64,000 nt of DNA from Desulfobacterales bacterium (GCA_030610995.1 JAUWQO010000001.1:11947-75946), one strand, 5' to 3'; shown: positions 10,526 through 20,232, numbered from the stretch's first letter. A program made the numbers and translations. Notes: generated by a model not told the origin, from the letters alone.

Positions 10526-10560
10526 ACAAAAGAGGCTGCCCCAGAATAAGGCAGCCTCTC
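10526..10560 (-). terminator. rho-independent terminator after the 10588-10896 gene
   Basis: Minus strand reads 'agaggctgcc-ttattctgg-ggcagcctct' followed by 'tttg'. 10-bp GC-rich stem. Confidence 0.6.
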
Positions 10561-10587
10561 ATCAAGACTCGGTTTTTCTCCTTAATT

Positions 10588-10896
10588 TTACTCGGTTTGC
10601 TTATTGATTGATCTGATAACTAAGTCATCAGTGTATTCTACCACTACATGATTGCCCACATTAAAGTTCTTAAGGTTTACATCCGGACCAGCGGTTAAAG
10701 TTAATGCCTTGCCAGATTCCTTCTCTACTACTATAATTTGTTCGATATCAGGCCGTTTATCGCTTATCATTCCTGTCATTTTTTCCAACCCTGTTTCCTG
10801 TGACTCCTGGGAAACTGCTATTCCGGCAAAAGAGAGCATAAACAGGGCAACAACCAATATGGAAACCAACTTCCTTGATGTTAATTTCTTCATCAT
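10588..10896 (-). CDS. small secreted hypothetical protein
   Basis: 102 aa. N-terminal signal-peptide-like segment 'KLVSILVVALFMLSFAGIAVSQ'. A terminator lies downstream. Confidence 0.55.
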   Translation of the reverse strand: MMKKLTSRKLVSILVVALFMLSFAGIAVSQESQETGLEKMTGMISDKRPDIEQIIVVEKESGKALTLTAGPDVNLKNFNVGNHVVVEYTDDLVIRSINKQTE

Positions 10897-11020
10897 TATC
10901 TTTTACTCCTTTTATTTATGGTTAGTTTAAAAATCTTCTATCTTTTCAGTTATCATTGGTTATCATGTGAGACGTCACCACCTCCTTCCTGTTCTCCCTG
11001 GGGCTGTCTTTCCACTTTTA

Positions 11021-11437
11021 TCACTTCCTTTCTTTCTGGTATTCATGAAACAACCCTGTCAACTTGGAAAAAGAGAAGGGCTTATCGAGAAGGCTTGCCT
11101 TGTATTTGGTCTTTTCCTCTTCAAGGCGTGTTCTAAACCGACGCATGTTCCCACTCATATAGATCGTCTTTATCCCAGGATCATGATTCCGCATGTCCCT
11201 TACCATTTCGAGGCCGTTTTTCGCCGGCATCTGGATATCGGTAAGAATGATATCGGGTTTGAAGTGGAGGAAGACCTCATACCCCTCCTCGCCATTTACG
11301 GCCGTCTTCACACGATAGATGCCTATCTTCTTTATCATTTCCTTTATGAGACCGGCTAATGCCTCATCATCATCGACAATCAATACCTTCATAATGTTCT
11401 TCTTACCTGACCCACCATTTCCTATCTTTTTGGCCAC
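11021..11437 (-). CDS. stand-alone CheY-like response regulator receiver
   Basis: 'KVLIVDDDEALA...PDIILTDIQMPAKNGLEM...DKPF'. Start is ambiguous: GTG at 11437 or ATG at 11392. Confidence 0.85.
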   Translation of the reverse strand: MAKKIGNGGSGKKNIMKVLIVDDDEALAGLIKEMIKKIGIYRVKTAVNGEEGYEVFLHFKPDIILTDIQMPAKNGLEMVRDMRNHDPGIKTIYMSGNMRRFRTRLEEEKTKYKASLLDKPFSFSKLTGLFHEYQKERK

Positions 11438-12305
11438 GTTTTCACCCAGCCTTGTTCAGGGAAGGGAAGCATTGTCCCCTCGGCTTGTAGGAATGACCTT
11501 TTTATACTCTTGTTTAGCAAGGGGCATGCCAAACTTTCGTAGTTGGACTAACCCCTTGATTCTTTAAGAATTGTCATCACAGGAGGATCGTACGGGCAGG
11601 ATCTTTTTGAAGGGTTTTTCCTACAGGGGAAGATGGGTAAAGCTTAATTGATTGATTGATAGGCTGAACTACTTATAAGTTCTACATTCTTAGAGTGTAG
11701 GTTATTTCATACGCTTTACTTCGGAAATTTACAAACTCATTATGAGGTTAACCTGAGGCAACGGACAATTAGGGGTGACTATGGTTATCAAATCTTGAAT
11801 TGTGAATTACACTTTTCTTTATTCACTATTCAAGAAAAGGTCCAATTTTTGGACAAGGGCTTGCGGGACATACATTAGTTTATAAGTTGACGTGGTAATT
11901 AAACTGAAGACGCAGTTGACTATGTTGAATAACTTTCCATGTAGAATAGGAGGGGAATAATTGGGGATGTCCGTAAAATTTCAACATTTGGGGAAGAGGG
12001 CGGGATAGTTATTACTACGATGGAACAAGAGGTGTACGTTAAAGGGGTATGTTAATTGACTTTATTAGATTTATTCTGCATTATGCATTATAACCTCAAA
12101 TACTTTAGAAATAGTGATTGGGTCAAAAGAGTCTATCCACCGGATATTATAAACAATAAAGACAAACTGTATAAAAGACCGGAATATAATCCTTTTAAAT
12201 AAAGGCATGCTCTTGTAGATTGATAACCGCTATATTTGTATGACAAGCAAGTCTATGGAATAGACGTTATGCTTTAAATCAATTAATTGGAAAGGAGAAA
12301 TAGTT

Positions 12306-12590
12306 ATGGCAACATTTATTATGTTAGGCAAGTACACATCCGAATCATTAAAGGGCATAAGCCCGGAGCGTACTGATCAGGGAGTAGATCTGATAAAAAA
12401 GTGCGGTGGCGAAGTTAAATCTATTTATGCTTTACTTGGCAACCATGACTTAATAGTTATTGTTGATTACCCCGGCGTAGAACAGGCGATGAAGGCTTCT
12501 ATTGCTCTGAGCAAACTAACTGGTATTGCATTCACTACATCGCAAGCAATTTCAGTGGAAGAATTTGATAAGATGATAACCGAGATTTAA
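12306..12590 (+). CDS. GYD-domain protein
   Basis: 94 aa. 'MATFIMLGKYTSESLKGISPERT...YALLGNHDLIVIVDYP' matches the GYD family pattern. Confidence 0.8.
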   Translation: MATFIMLGKYTSESLKGISPERTDQGVDLIKKCGGEVKSIYALLGNHDLIVIVDYPGVEQAMKASIALSKLTGIAFTTSQAISVEEFDKMITEI

Positions 12591-12800
12591 AAATTTCGCG
12601 CTCGCTGTTTCAGTTCAAAAGGGTGAATATAGATGATGACTTCGTAAAAAATCATTAATATCCGGAGTCAGATTAGATGACATCGAAAAATATTCTTGTA
12701 ACGGGTCCGCCACTATATGGTGATGAGGCTGGCCATTGCTGACGGTTTATTAGCAGGTTTCTGCCGAGGTTTTTTCATTCGAACCTCTACCCATCTTCCT

Positions 12801-13325
12801 TTATGGCAAAAACTCCTGACATCGACTGCAAAACGTGGGACCTTTGCGATCGGTATCGTAGAGGCTGTTGGAAAAATGCATCACGCAGGTAGGTTGCGGG
12901 CAGTGACCTATTCCCAAGAGGTGACCTACCTCATGCACCGCTTCGGTCAGCGCCCGGCGTAAAAATAGTTCTGCAGTAAAGGGCTTTCCCTGATATCCTG
13001 CTTTCAACCTGGCCAGTGAAATGATGGCGCAGCGGGCCGCTAAGTAGGCCTCGCCAAACACAAAATTCAGTCTGTCGGCATAAAGGTCAGCCTCGGTGAC
13101 CGCCAGCAAAAAATCCTGGGTCGGCTTCAGAATACGAAGGCGCCACAGGATAGGGGTCGATTTATACTGCCCTCGTGCAGCATGAAGCTCCTTTTCCTTG
13201 AGTTCAAACGTCCTGCCCGATTTTACAGTACCGCAGAAAACCATCGCCAGGTTTTCCTGCAAATGGTTCAGTACTTTTGAATCAACGTCCGTAGTCCGGA
13301 AAATCCAGATTCGCATACCTCTCAT
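12801..13325 (-). CDS. archaemetzincin-like zinc metalloprotease
   Basis: 'HEVGHLLGIGHCPQPTCVMHFS...CSRC' fits the archaemetzincin HExxHxxGxxxC..C..CxxC signature. Start trimmed to the ATG at 13325, because the longer ORF runs into a repeat. Confidence 0.8.
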   Translation of the reverse strand: MRGMRIWIFRTTDVDSKVLNHLQENLAMVFCGTVKSGRTFELKEKELHAARGQYKSTPILWRLRILKPTQDFLLAVTEADLYADRLNFVFGEAYLAARCAIISLARLKAGYQGKPFTAELFLRRALTEAVHEVGHLLGIGHCPQPTCVMHFSNSLYDTDRKGPTFCSRCQEFLP

Positions 13326-13342
13326 CTGCTTCTCTATTTCCT

Positions 13343-13503
13343 TATACCTCGGAAGGTTACAAATTGCGTTTTTTTCGGTGAGCAATGAGCATCAAGAGCA
13401 AGGCGCGAAGGCGCGAAATAGCAAGCTATTTCAAGCCTGAGCAACACAGCTATTGATGTTCAGGGCCAGCGAAAAATCGCGAGTTGTGGCCTTTCGAGGT
13501 ATA
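13343..13503. repeat. MITE-like 161-bp element, copy 1 ('TATACCTCG...CGAGGTATA' termini)
   Basis: Near-identical reverse complement of 15750-15911. The termini are imperfect inverted repeats and the centre is the palindrome 'gaaatagcaagctatttc'. Confidence 0.9.
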
Positions 13504-13568
13504 GTTTGCCTGTTACCCGTGATGCGCTTTGGATCACATTATAATTAATTCCTCTGGCTGCCGGCTTT

Positions 13569-15392
13569 TTACCGTCCTCTCATCACATACCTTTTATGTG
13601 CGGACAGGATACTTTTCCTGATGCGTATCGATTTTGGCGTGACCTCGACCATCTCGTCGCTTTTTATGAAATTTATTGCGCGCTCAAGGGTCACAGGTCT
13701 TACAGGGGCCAGGATAATATTGTCATCCTTTCCTGATGCGCGCATATTAGAAAGCTTTTTTTCCTTGCACGCGTTAACAGTAATATCATTTTGCCGGTTG
13801 TGTTCCCCTATAACTATGCCTTCGTAAACAGGATTACCCGGAACAATAAAGATCTGTCCCCTTGGTTCAAGATTAAAAAGAGCATATGCCACTGCCTTTC
13901 CTTCTCTGTCCGCGACTATGGAGCCGGTAACCCTTGATTTGAAATCTCCCCTGTATTCGTCGTAACCTGCAAAGATAGAATTTATTATCCCCGTGCCCTT
14001 AGTGTCGGTCAAAAACTCATCCCTGTAACCTATAAGCGCTCTGGAAGGAATATTAAATTCTATCCTCACCCTTCCTTTTCCATCATTAACAAGATTGATC
14101 AGTTTCCCTTTTTTTATGGAAAGTTTTTCCGTAACAATTCCTAAGAAATGTTCGTCACAATCGATAAAGAGCTGTTCTGTTGGTTCAAGTTTCTTGTTGT
14201 TTTCATATTTATAGATTACTTCAGGACGGCCTACGCAAAGTTCAAAACCTTCCCTCCTCATGGTTTCAATCAGGATAGCCATCTGGAATTCGCCTCTTCC
14301 CTTGACAAGAAAGCTTTCCTTCTCCTCTGTTTCTTCAACTCTTATAGCTACATTTCTTAAGGTTTCCTTTACAAGCCGTTCGTATATTTTGCTTGATTGA
14401 ACATATTTTCCTTCTTTTCCGGCAAAAGGAGAATTGTTTATAGTAAACTTCATCGATACGGTGGGTTCATCGACTTTTATCCTTTTTAAGGATTTTGGAT
14501 TTTCTTTTGTACAGATTGTATCTCCGATCCTGACATTTTCTATTCCTGAAAGTATAACAATATCACCGGCTCCTGCTGTTTTAACCTCTTTAAGATCCAG
14601 GCCGTCATATACTTTTAGATTTGAGATTTTAAGTGGTACAGGCTCGTTGTTTTCATTAATACAGACAAGATTGTCGTTGAATTTTACATGTCCGTTAGAC
14701 ATCCTGCCTATGGCAAGCCTTCCCAGATAGTCAGAATAATCGAGGTCTGATACCAGCATCTGGAAAGGTTCTTCCGGATCATAAAAAGGGGCCGGGATAT
14801 TATCCAATATCGTATCAAAAAGCAAATTTAGATTTTCCTCCTTATCATCTAATGATTTTTTAACAATTCCATCCCGTCCTATGGCATAGAGCAAAGGGAA
14901 CTCAAGCTGGTTGTCCGTGGCGTCAAGATCTATAAAGAGATCGTATATTTCGTTTAGAACTTCATTGGGGCGGGCGTCATTCCGATCGATCTTGTTAATT
15001 ACCACTATAATTGTAAGCCCGGCTTTTAGCGCCTTTTTTAATACAAAACGGGTTTGGGGCAGGGGGCCTTCTGAAGCATCTACCAAAAGGAGCGCGCCAT
15101 TTGTCATGGAAAGCGCTCTTTCTACCTCACCGCCAAAATCAGCATGGCCAGGGGTATCTATAATATTTATCTTTACCCCTTTCCATTTTACGGAACAGTT
15201 TTTTGCAGCAATGGTAATCCCCCTTTCACGCTCCAGATCCATCCTGTCCATTATTCTTTCATCTACTTCCTGCCCGGTCCTGAACAACCCGCTTTGTCTT
15301 AACATACCATCAACAAGCGTGGTTTTTCCATGATCAACATGGGATATGATTGCGATATTTCTTATTTTTTCATTTTTTACAAAATTAACCAT
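13569..15392 (-). CDS. typA: translational GTPase TypA/BipA
   Basis: 'IRNIAIISHVDHGKTTLVD', 'DTPGHADF' and 'NKIDR', followed by EF-G-like domains. Start set to the ATG at 15392, which has AGGAA upstream. Confidence 0.95.
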   Translation of the reverse strand: MVNFVKNEKIRNIAIISHVDHGKTTLVDGMLRQSGLFRTGQEVDERIMDRMDLERERGITIAAKNCSVKWKGVKINIIDTPGHADFGGEVERALSMTNGALLLVDASEGPLPQTRFVLKKALKAGLTIIVVINKIDRNDARPNEVLNEIYDLFIDLDATDNQLEFPLLYAIGRDGIVKKSLDDKEENLNLLFDTILDNIPAPFYDPEEPFQMLVSDLDYSDYLGRLAIGRMSNGHVKFNDNLVCINENNEPVPLKISNLKVYDGLDLKEVKTAGAGDIVILSGIENVRIGDTICTKENPKSLKRIKVDEPTVSMKFTINNSPFAGKEGKYVQSSKIYERLVKETLRNVAIRVEETEEKESFLVKGRGEFQMAILIETMRREGFELCVGRPEVIYKYENNKKLEPTEQLFIDCDEHFLGIVTEKLSIKKGKLINLVNDGKGRVRIEFNIPSRALIGYRDEFLTDTKGTGIINSIFAGYDEYRGDFKSRVTGSIVADREGKAVAYALFNLEPRGQIFIVPGNPVYEGIVIGEHNRQNDITVNACKEKKLSNMRASGKDDNIILAPVRPVTLERAINFIKSDEMVEVTPKSIRIRKSILSAHKRYVMRGR

Positions 15393-15542
15393 TAATTTGT
15401 TCCTATTGTTAAATAGTGTCACGAAAACCCTATTAACCATGATTAAATAAGGCTTTGCACTATATTTATACACATGAAGTTAGTACCTGTTAGGTGTTAG
15501 CATTTAGCTGTTAAATGAAGACCTTTGCATAACTCCAGTATT

Positions 15543-15623
15543 GTCATTGCGAGCGAAGCGAAGCAATCTCATAACACATTGATAAGCCACGAGATTGCCG
15601 CGTCGCTTTGCTCCTCGCAATGA
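15543..15623. repeat. 'gtcattgcgag...ctcgcaatgac' hairpin (family B)
   Basis: 'gtcattgcgagcgaagcgaagcaatctc' faces 'gagattgccgcgtcgctttgctcctcgcaatgac'. Related copies at 36184-36264 and 26892-26976. Nested within the outer inverted repeat 'gaagacctttgcataac'/'gttatgcaaaggtctc'. Confidence 0.9.
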
Positions 15624-15749
15624 CCAAAATTGGGCAAAAGTTGGGGTTATGCAAAGGTCTCAAATGAAAAATATAGCGTTTAGAGCTAATTGCTCAAAAT
15701 CTTCGTTCAGAATAAAAGCTGCAAATGCTTATTTTATCAAAGTGTTAGA

Positions 15750-15911
15750 TATACCTCGAAAGGCCACAACTTGCGATTTTTCGCTGGCCCTGAACATCAA
15801 TAACTGTGTTGCTCAGGCTTGAAATAGCTTGCTATTTCGCGTCTTCGCGCCTTGCTCTTGATGCTCATTGCTCACCGAAAAAAAGCGCAATTTGTAACCT
15901 TCCGAGGTATA
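15750..15911. repeat. MITE-like element, copy 2 (inverted relative to 13343-13503)
   Basis: Hand alignment to the reverse complement of copy 1 shows a handful of mismatches and one indel. Confidence 0.9.
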
Positions 15912-16109
15912 GTTTTCGTTCAGGCGCTAAATATAGTATCATTATTTTAGATTGATCAACTGTAGCGAATTATTTATAATATAATATTAAAAAACTCAAA
16001 GTCAAAGAGCAAAGAATACCATACTGTTTAATATCAATAGGGACTTGCGGGATATTAATTGATAAGTTGACGTATTAAACTGAAGAACGTTGGCTATGTT
16101 GAATAATTG

Positions 16110-16266
16110 GTAAGCGTTCACGGAACGTTGAAATTGGAAATTAGAAACTGGAAATTAGGCATTCATGCTTTTGTACTGTTCTTCCCAATTTCCAATTTCA
16201 AATTTCTAATTTAATCTCTCCCAAATTTCTAATTTCTATTTTCAAGTTTCAAGCCGTGAACGGCTA
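16110..16266. repeat. family C element ('GTARSCGTTCACGG' termini, 'gaaattg/caatttc' word arms), copy 1
   Basis: About 90% identical to the reverse complement of 21133-21290. Flanked by 'aataattg' at 16102-16109 and at 16267-16274. Confidence 0.9.
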
Positions 16267-16314
16267 CAATAATTGTAAGGATAGGAAACATCGTTGATGG
16301 AGAATTTTAGGCCT

Positions 16315-18039
16315 TTAAGCGCCTGGAGTTTGGACCTTCTTTGTTTTCATTTTTTGAATTGCGATTTCTTGCATACGGAATTTCTGTAGCTTGCCGGTCA
16401 CCGTCATGGGAAACTCTTCCACAAACCAGATATAGCGCGGGATTTTGAAGTGTGCCAGGTTATCCCTGCAGAAGTCACGGATTTCCTGCTCAGAGGCAGT
16501 CTTACCGGTGTGTAGTTTGATCCAGGCCACAACCTCTTCGCCGTAGTACTCGTCCGGCATGCCAAAGACTGCCACCTCGGCAACCTTAGGATGACCGTAG
16601 ATAAACTCCTCGATTTCGCGTGGGTATATATTCTGGCCCCCACGGATGATCATTTCTTTCAATCTTCCCGTGATGCGCACATATCCATCGGCATCCATGG
16701 TTCCCAGGTCACCGGAATGAAGCCAGCCGTTTCCATTGATGGTTGCCCTTGTAGCCTCCAGGTCCCCATAGTAGCCCTTCATAATGTGGTGGCCTCGAAA
16801 ACAGATCTCCCCTGTTTGTCCAAGGGGCACGGTTGCGCCAGTGTTAATCTCTACTACCTTTGCTTCCTGATGGGGGAGGCTCTTGCCAACGGTCATGATA
16901 CGGCGTTCCATACTATCATCTCGTAACGTTAGGTGAGTCAAGGGAGATGCCTCGGTCTCACCGTAGCCAATGAGGATCTTCCGGCAGTGCATCTCTTCCA
17001 TCACCCGTTTCATGAGGGTTGGAGGACAAGGCGCACCTGCCATGATTCCCGTGCGCAAGGTAGAGATATTAATGTTATTAAATTCCGGGTGCTCCAGCTC
17101 AGCAATAAACATAGTAGGCACGCCGTGAATGGCTGTGCATTTCTCCGCTTCGATCGCTTCCAAGACCTCCAGGGCATCAAAATGCTCACAAGCAATAACG
17201 ACACAGGCTCCGTGAGAGAGACAGAGCAGATTAGCCAGCACCGCGCCAAAACAGTGATAAAATGGGACGGGCACACAAAGCCTGTCCTTTTCTGTAAAGT
17301 GCATGGATAGTCCGCTAAAATAGGCATTGTTGAGAATGTTGTGATGGGTCAGGACCACTGCTTTGGGGTGGCCGGTGGTTCCTGAGGTATATTGGATGTT
17401 AATTGGATCATCGATGTCAAGGGATGCAGTGATCCTGTCCACCTCTTTCAGGGGAACGGATTCTGCCAGTTCAAGGATATCCATCCAGGTGTTGAAGCCC
17501 GGATAGAAACGGCGGCTCTCCATGGGTTCAGCGGGGTGGTATAGGACAACCTGCTTTAAGAAGGGCAGATCCTGGTTTTTTATCTCTCTGCCTTTGCTGT
17601 CTTTTAGTTCCGGGATCAGTTCCACCAGCATGGAAACATAATCACTGGTCCGGAACGAAGGAATGACAAAGAGCCCTTGAACCTCGGAACGTCGCAGAGC
17701 ATAAGACAGCTCTTTCAATCGGTAGGCAGGGTTAATGGTTGCCAGAATGACCCCTATACGCGCGGTGGCCATTTGGAGAATGAGCCATTCCAGATTATTG
17801 GTCGACCAGATGCCGATTCGGTCACCTTTACCGAAACCTGAGGCAACCAGGCCCCTGGCTAAGAGATCCACCGACTCTGAGAGAGCAGTATAAGTGAGCC
17901 GTTTTTTCTGGGTAATTGAAACCACTGCCTCCCTGTCCGGAAACCGTTTTACGACCTGGATAAAGTGCTCGGGAATGGTTAGACCAAGAAGTGGAACCGT
18001 CCCGCCGGAATGGAAGTAACTTTTCTTGATGGTCTCCAT
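16315..18039 (-). CDS. AMP-dependent acyl-CoA synthetase/ligase
   Basis: AMP-binding motif 'YTSGTTGHPKAV', plus 'GYGETE' and 'GDLG..D.DGY..I.GR.K'. Start set to the ATG at 18039, which has AGGAGG upstream. Confidence 0.9.
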   Translation of the reverse strand: METIKKSYFHSGGTVPLLGLTIPEHFIQVVKRFPDREAVVSITQKKRLTYTALSESVDLLARGLVASGFGKGDRIGIWSTNNLEWLILQMATARIGVILATINPAYRLKELSYALRRSEVQGLFVIPSFRTSDYVSMLVELIPELKDSKGREIKNQDLPFLKQVVLYHPAEPMESRRFYPGFNTWMDILELAESVPLKEVDRITASLDIDDPINIQYTSGTTGHPKAVVLTHHNILNNAYFSGLSMHFTEKDRLCVPVPFYHCFGAVLANLLCLSHGACVVIACEHFDALEVLEAIEAEKCTAIHGVPTMFIAELEHPEFNNINISTLRTGIMAGAPCPPTLMKRVMEEMHCRKILIGYGETEASPLTHLTLRDDSMERRIMTVGKSLPHQEAKVVEINTGATVPLGQTGEICFRGHHIMKGYYGDLEATRATINGNGWLHSGDLGTMDADGYVRITGRLKEMIIRGGQNIYPREIEEFIYGHPKVAEVAVFGMPDEYYGEEVVAWIKLHTGKTASEQEIRDFCRDNLAHFKIPRYIWFVEEFPMTVTGKLQKFRMQEIAIQKMKTKKVQTPGA

Positions 18040-18415
18040 ATTGCCTCCTGTTTGATTATCAATCAAAGAACATGGGATATAAAACCTGGCCCTCAGGATT
18101 CTTTACTCCCATAAAATTTTATATAATGCAATATTCATGAGACCTTTGAACCGCAAAGGCGAGCGCATTCCCCGCAACTTACTGCGGGGAGCTTCTCATC
18201 TGTTTAGAGGCAGATGGCTTGGGCATGCCCAGTTTGATAGAAGTCTCTTGATATTATCCCTGATTTGATTTAAGAGATTGAATACAATAAATACAACGCG
18301 TAGATTTAAGTGAAAATTTCTAATTTTATAAAGTTAATTATGCTTTTATGCAAGCGACAGGAATGGTAACTGATCATACGGCAGATTGTTTTCGATATAA
18401 GGAAATCTATCTGAC

Positions 18416-19696
18416 ATGAATATAAAAAACAATCGCAAACCGCAAAATATTGGATTTGTTTCAACCCGCCTTGCCGGAACAGACGGTGTTTCCCTTGAAG
18501 CATCAAAATGGGCTAACATCTTTGAAGAGGAAGGATTTACATGCTTTTATTTTGCCGGTGAATGCGATCGTACACCGGAGCGTTCATACATAGTTCCTGA
18601 AGCCCACTTTAAGCATCCAAATATACGGAAAATCCATCGAAACTGCTTTAGAGTGCCAAAACGAAGCGACTATATGTCACGGAAAATCCATGAACTCAGG
18701 CTGAGATTAAAAAAAGATCTTTACAAATTCATCCGGCGATTCAAAATCGATTTTCTGGTAACTGAAAACTGTCTGACAATACCGCTTAATATACCTTTGG
18801 GTTTAGCCATTACAGAGTTAATATCTGAAACCGATACTCCAACAATTGCCCATCATCACGATTTCTTTTGGGAACGACAGAATTTTATGACAAACGCTGT
18901 ATGGGAATATCTTAATATGTCCTTTCCTCCTAATCTGCCGCAAATTAGGCATGTGGTAATCAACTCTTCTGCTAGTAACCAGTTAAGCCTTAGAAGAGGT
19001 GTTTCTTCAATCATTATCCCCAATGTCATGGACTTTGATAATCCGCCTGAACCAATTGATGATTATGCATCTGACGTGAGAAAGGCCCTTGGAGTCGAAG
19101 ACGATCAGCTATTAATTCTCCAGCCCACCAGAGTTGTCAGGCGCAAAAGAATTGAACTTGCGATAGAACTTGTCCACAAGTTGGGAAAGAAAGCTAAATT
19201 TGTTATTTCTCATGCTTCAGATGATGAAGGCTATGATTACGAACACAGAGTAAGAGAATATGCCGATATGCTGGGAGTTGATACAATTTTTGTTTCAGAG
19301 ATTATTAGTGAAAAAAGAGGATACACAGAATCAGGCAAGAAAATTTATACCCTGAATGACATTTACCCTCATGCAGATTTTGTCACCTATCCTTCAGATT
19401 TTGAGGGCTTTGGGAATGCTTTTCTTGAAGCAATGTATTTCCGAAAACCAATAGTGGTTAATACTTATTCGATTTACTCAATAGATATCAGGACAAGGGG
19501 ATTTTCTGCAATTGAAATTGATGGATATATAACAGATAAGTCCGTAAATCAGGTTAATAAAGTTCTTGAAGACGCAGAGCTTCGGAAAAAAATGGTTGAT
19601 CACAACTATGAAACAGCCAAAACTTACTATTCATACTCAGTTCTTCATAAACAGCTTAAAAGTCTTCTTTTAGAATGCACAGCCCGCAAATTTTGA
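18416..19696 (+). CDS. glycosyltransferase (GT4-like)
   Basis: 426 aa with N-terminal 'IGFVSTRLAGTDGVSLE' and a C-terminal 'E.FG...LEA' GT-B style motif. Substrate unknown. Confidence 0.6.
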   Translation: MNIKNNRKPQNIGFVSTRLAGTDGVSLEASKWANIFEEEGFTCFYFAGECDRTPERSYIVPEAHFKHPNIRKIHRNCFRVPKRSDYMSRKIHELRLRLKKDLYKFIRRFKIDFLVTENCLTIPLNIPLGLAITELISETDTPTIAHHHDFFWERQNFMTNAVWEYLNMSFPPNLPQIRHVVINSSASNQLSLRRGVSSIIIPNVMDFDNPPEPIDDYASDVRKALGVEDDQLLILQPTRVVRRKRIELAIELVHKLGKKAKFVISHASDDEGYDYEHRVREYADMLGVDTIFVSEIISEKRGYTESGKKIYTLNDIYPHADFVTYPSDFEGFGNAFLEAMYFRKPIVVNTYSIYSIDIRTRGFSAIEIDGYITDKSVNQVNKVLEDAELRKKMVDHNYETAKTYYSYSVLHKQLKSLLLECTARKF

Positions 19697-19917
19697 TGAA
19701 CTCGTAAAAAGTCGAAAAGTACCATTTTTCGTCATTCCGGCTCAGCATCAAGTGCGGGATAAACTGCAGCCGGGCACGTAGTGACACAAAGTGACACGTA
19801 GTGAAGCGTAAGCGCTAACCATCAGCGCTAACCGTTAGCGCTATCCAGTCTATTTAAATACTTACGAGGGCTCTGGACTCCGGTTTTCACCGGAGTGACG
19901 ACTTTTTTGCGAGTTCC
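19697..19917. repeat. nested inverted-repeat element
   Basis: Outer arms are 'gaactcgtaaaaagtcg' and 'cgacttttttgcgagttc'. Inner modules are 'gtcattccgg', 'gtgacac' words, and 'agcgctaacc' words with their palindrome. Confidence 0.8.
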
Positions 19918-20066
19918 ATAAATTTTAAGCTTAACATCTGTCTCTGAGTACTCTGTCAAACTTACCTGCAAGCGCTGAATGACCTGACTAACGATTGAAT
20001 TTGTTGACAACAGGTGGATAAAAAGATATAATTTAAAAATTAAGTGGATATTTAGTTTGTAATTAT

Positions 20067-20194
20067 CCCTACAACGACACTTGTCATTTCGACCGAAGGG
20101 AGAAATCTTTAACTATTTGTTTTATAATAAGATTTCTCGTCACTTCGTTCCTCGAAATGACCCCGCCATGGCGGGGGTAAGTGACGTTGTAGGG
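20067..20194. repeat. nested inverted-repeat element with a 'gtcatttcgaccgaagggagaaatc' core
   Basis: Outer arms are 'ccctacaacgacac' and 'gtgacgttgtaggg'. Inner arms are 'gtcatttcgac..agaaatct' and 'agatttct..cgaaatgac'. Confidence 0.85.
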
Positions 20195-20232
20195 TTATAA
20201 AACTAATAAATTTTATTAAACGGAGGGGTTTT

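Noticed and set aside
11848-11862. Sigma-54-like promoter 'TGGACAAGGGCTTGC' with correct GG-N10-GC spacing.
   Set aside because: The 'cttgcggga' half belongs to a dispersed repeat whose other copies (7268 and 16044) lack the upstream GG. No enhancer-binding-protein gene or obvious downstream target is nearby, so this is probably fortuitous.
12677-12742. 21-codon ORF 'MTSKNILVTGPPLYGDEAGHC', resembling the start of a P-loop NTPase.
   Set aside because: It is too short, the Walker A motif is not intact ('GPPLYGDE' rather than 'GPPGxGKT'), and there is no continuation in any frame. At best it is a tiny remnant.
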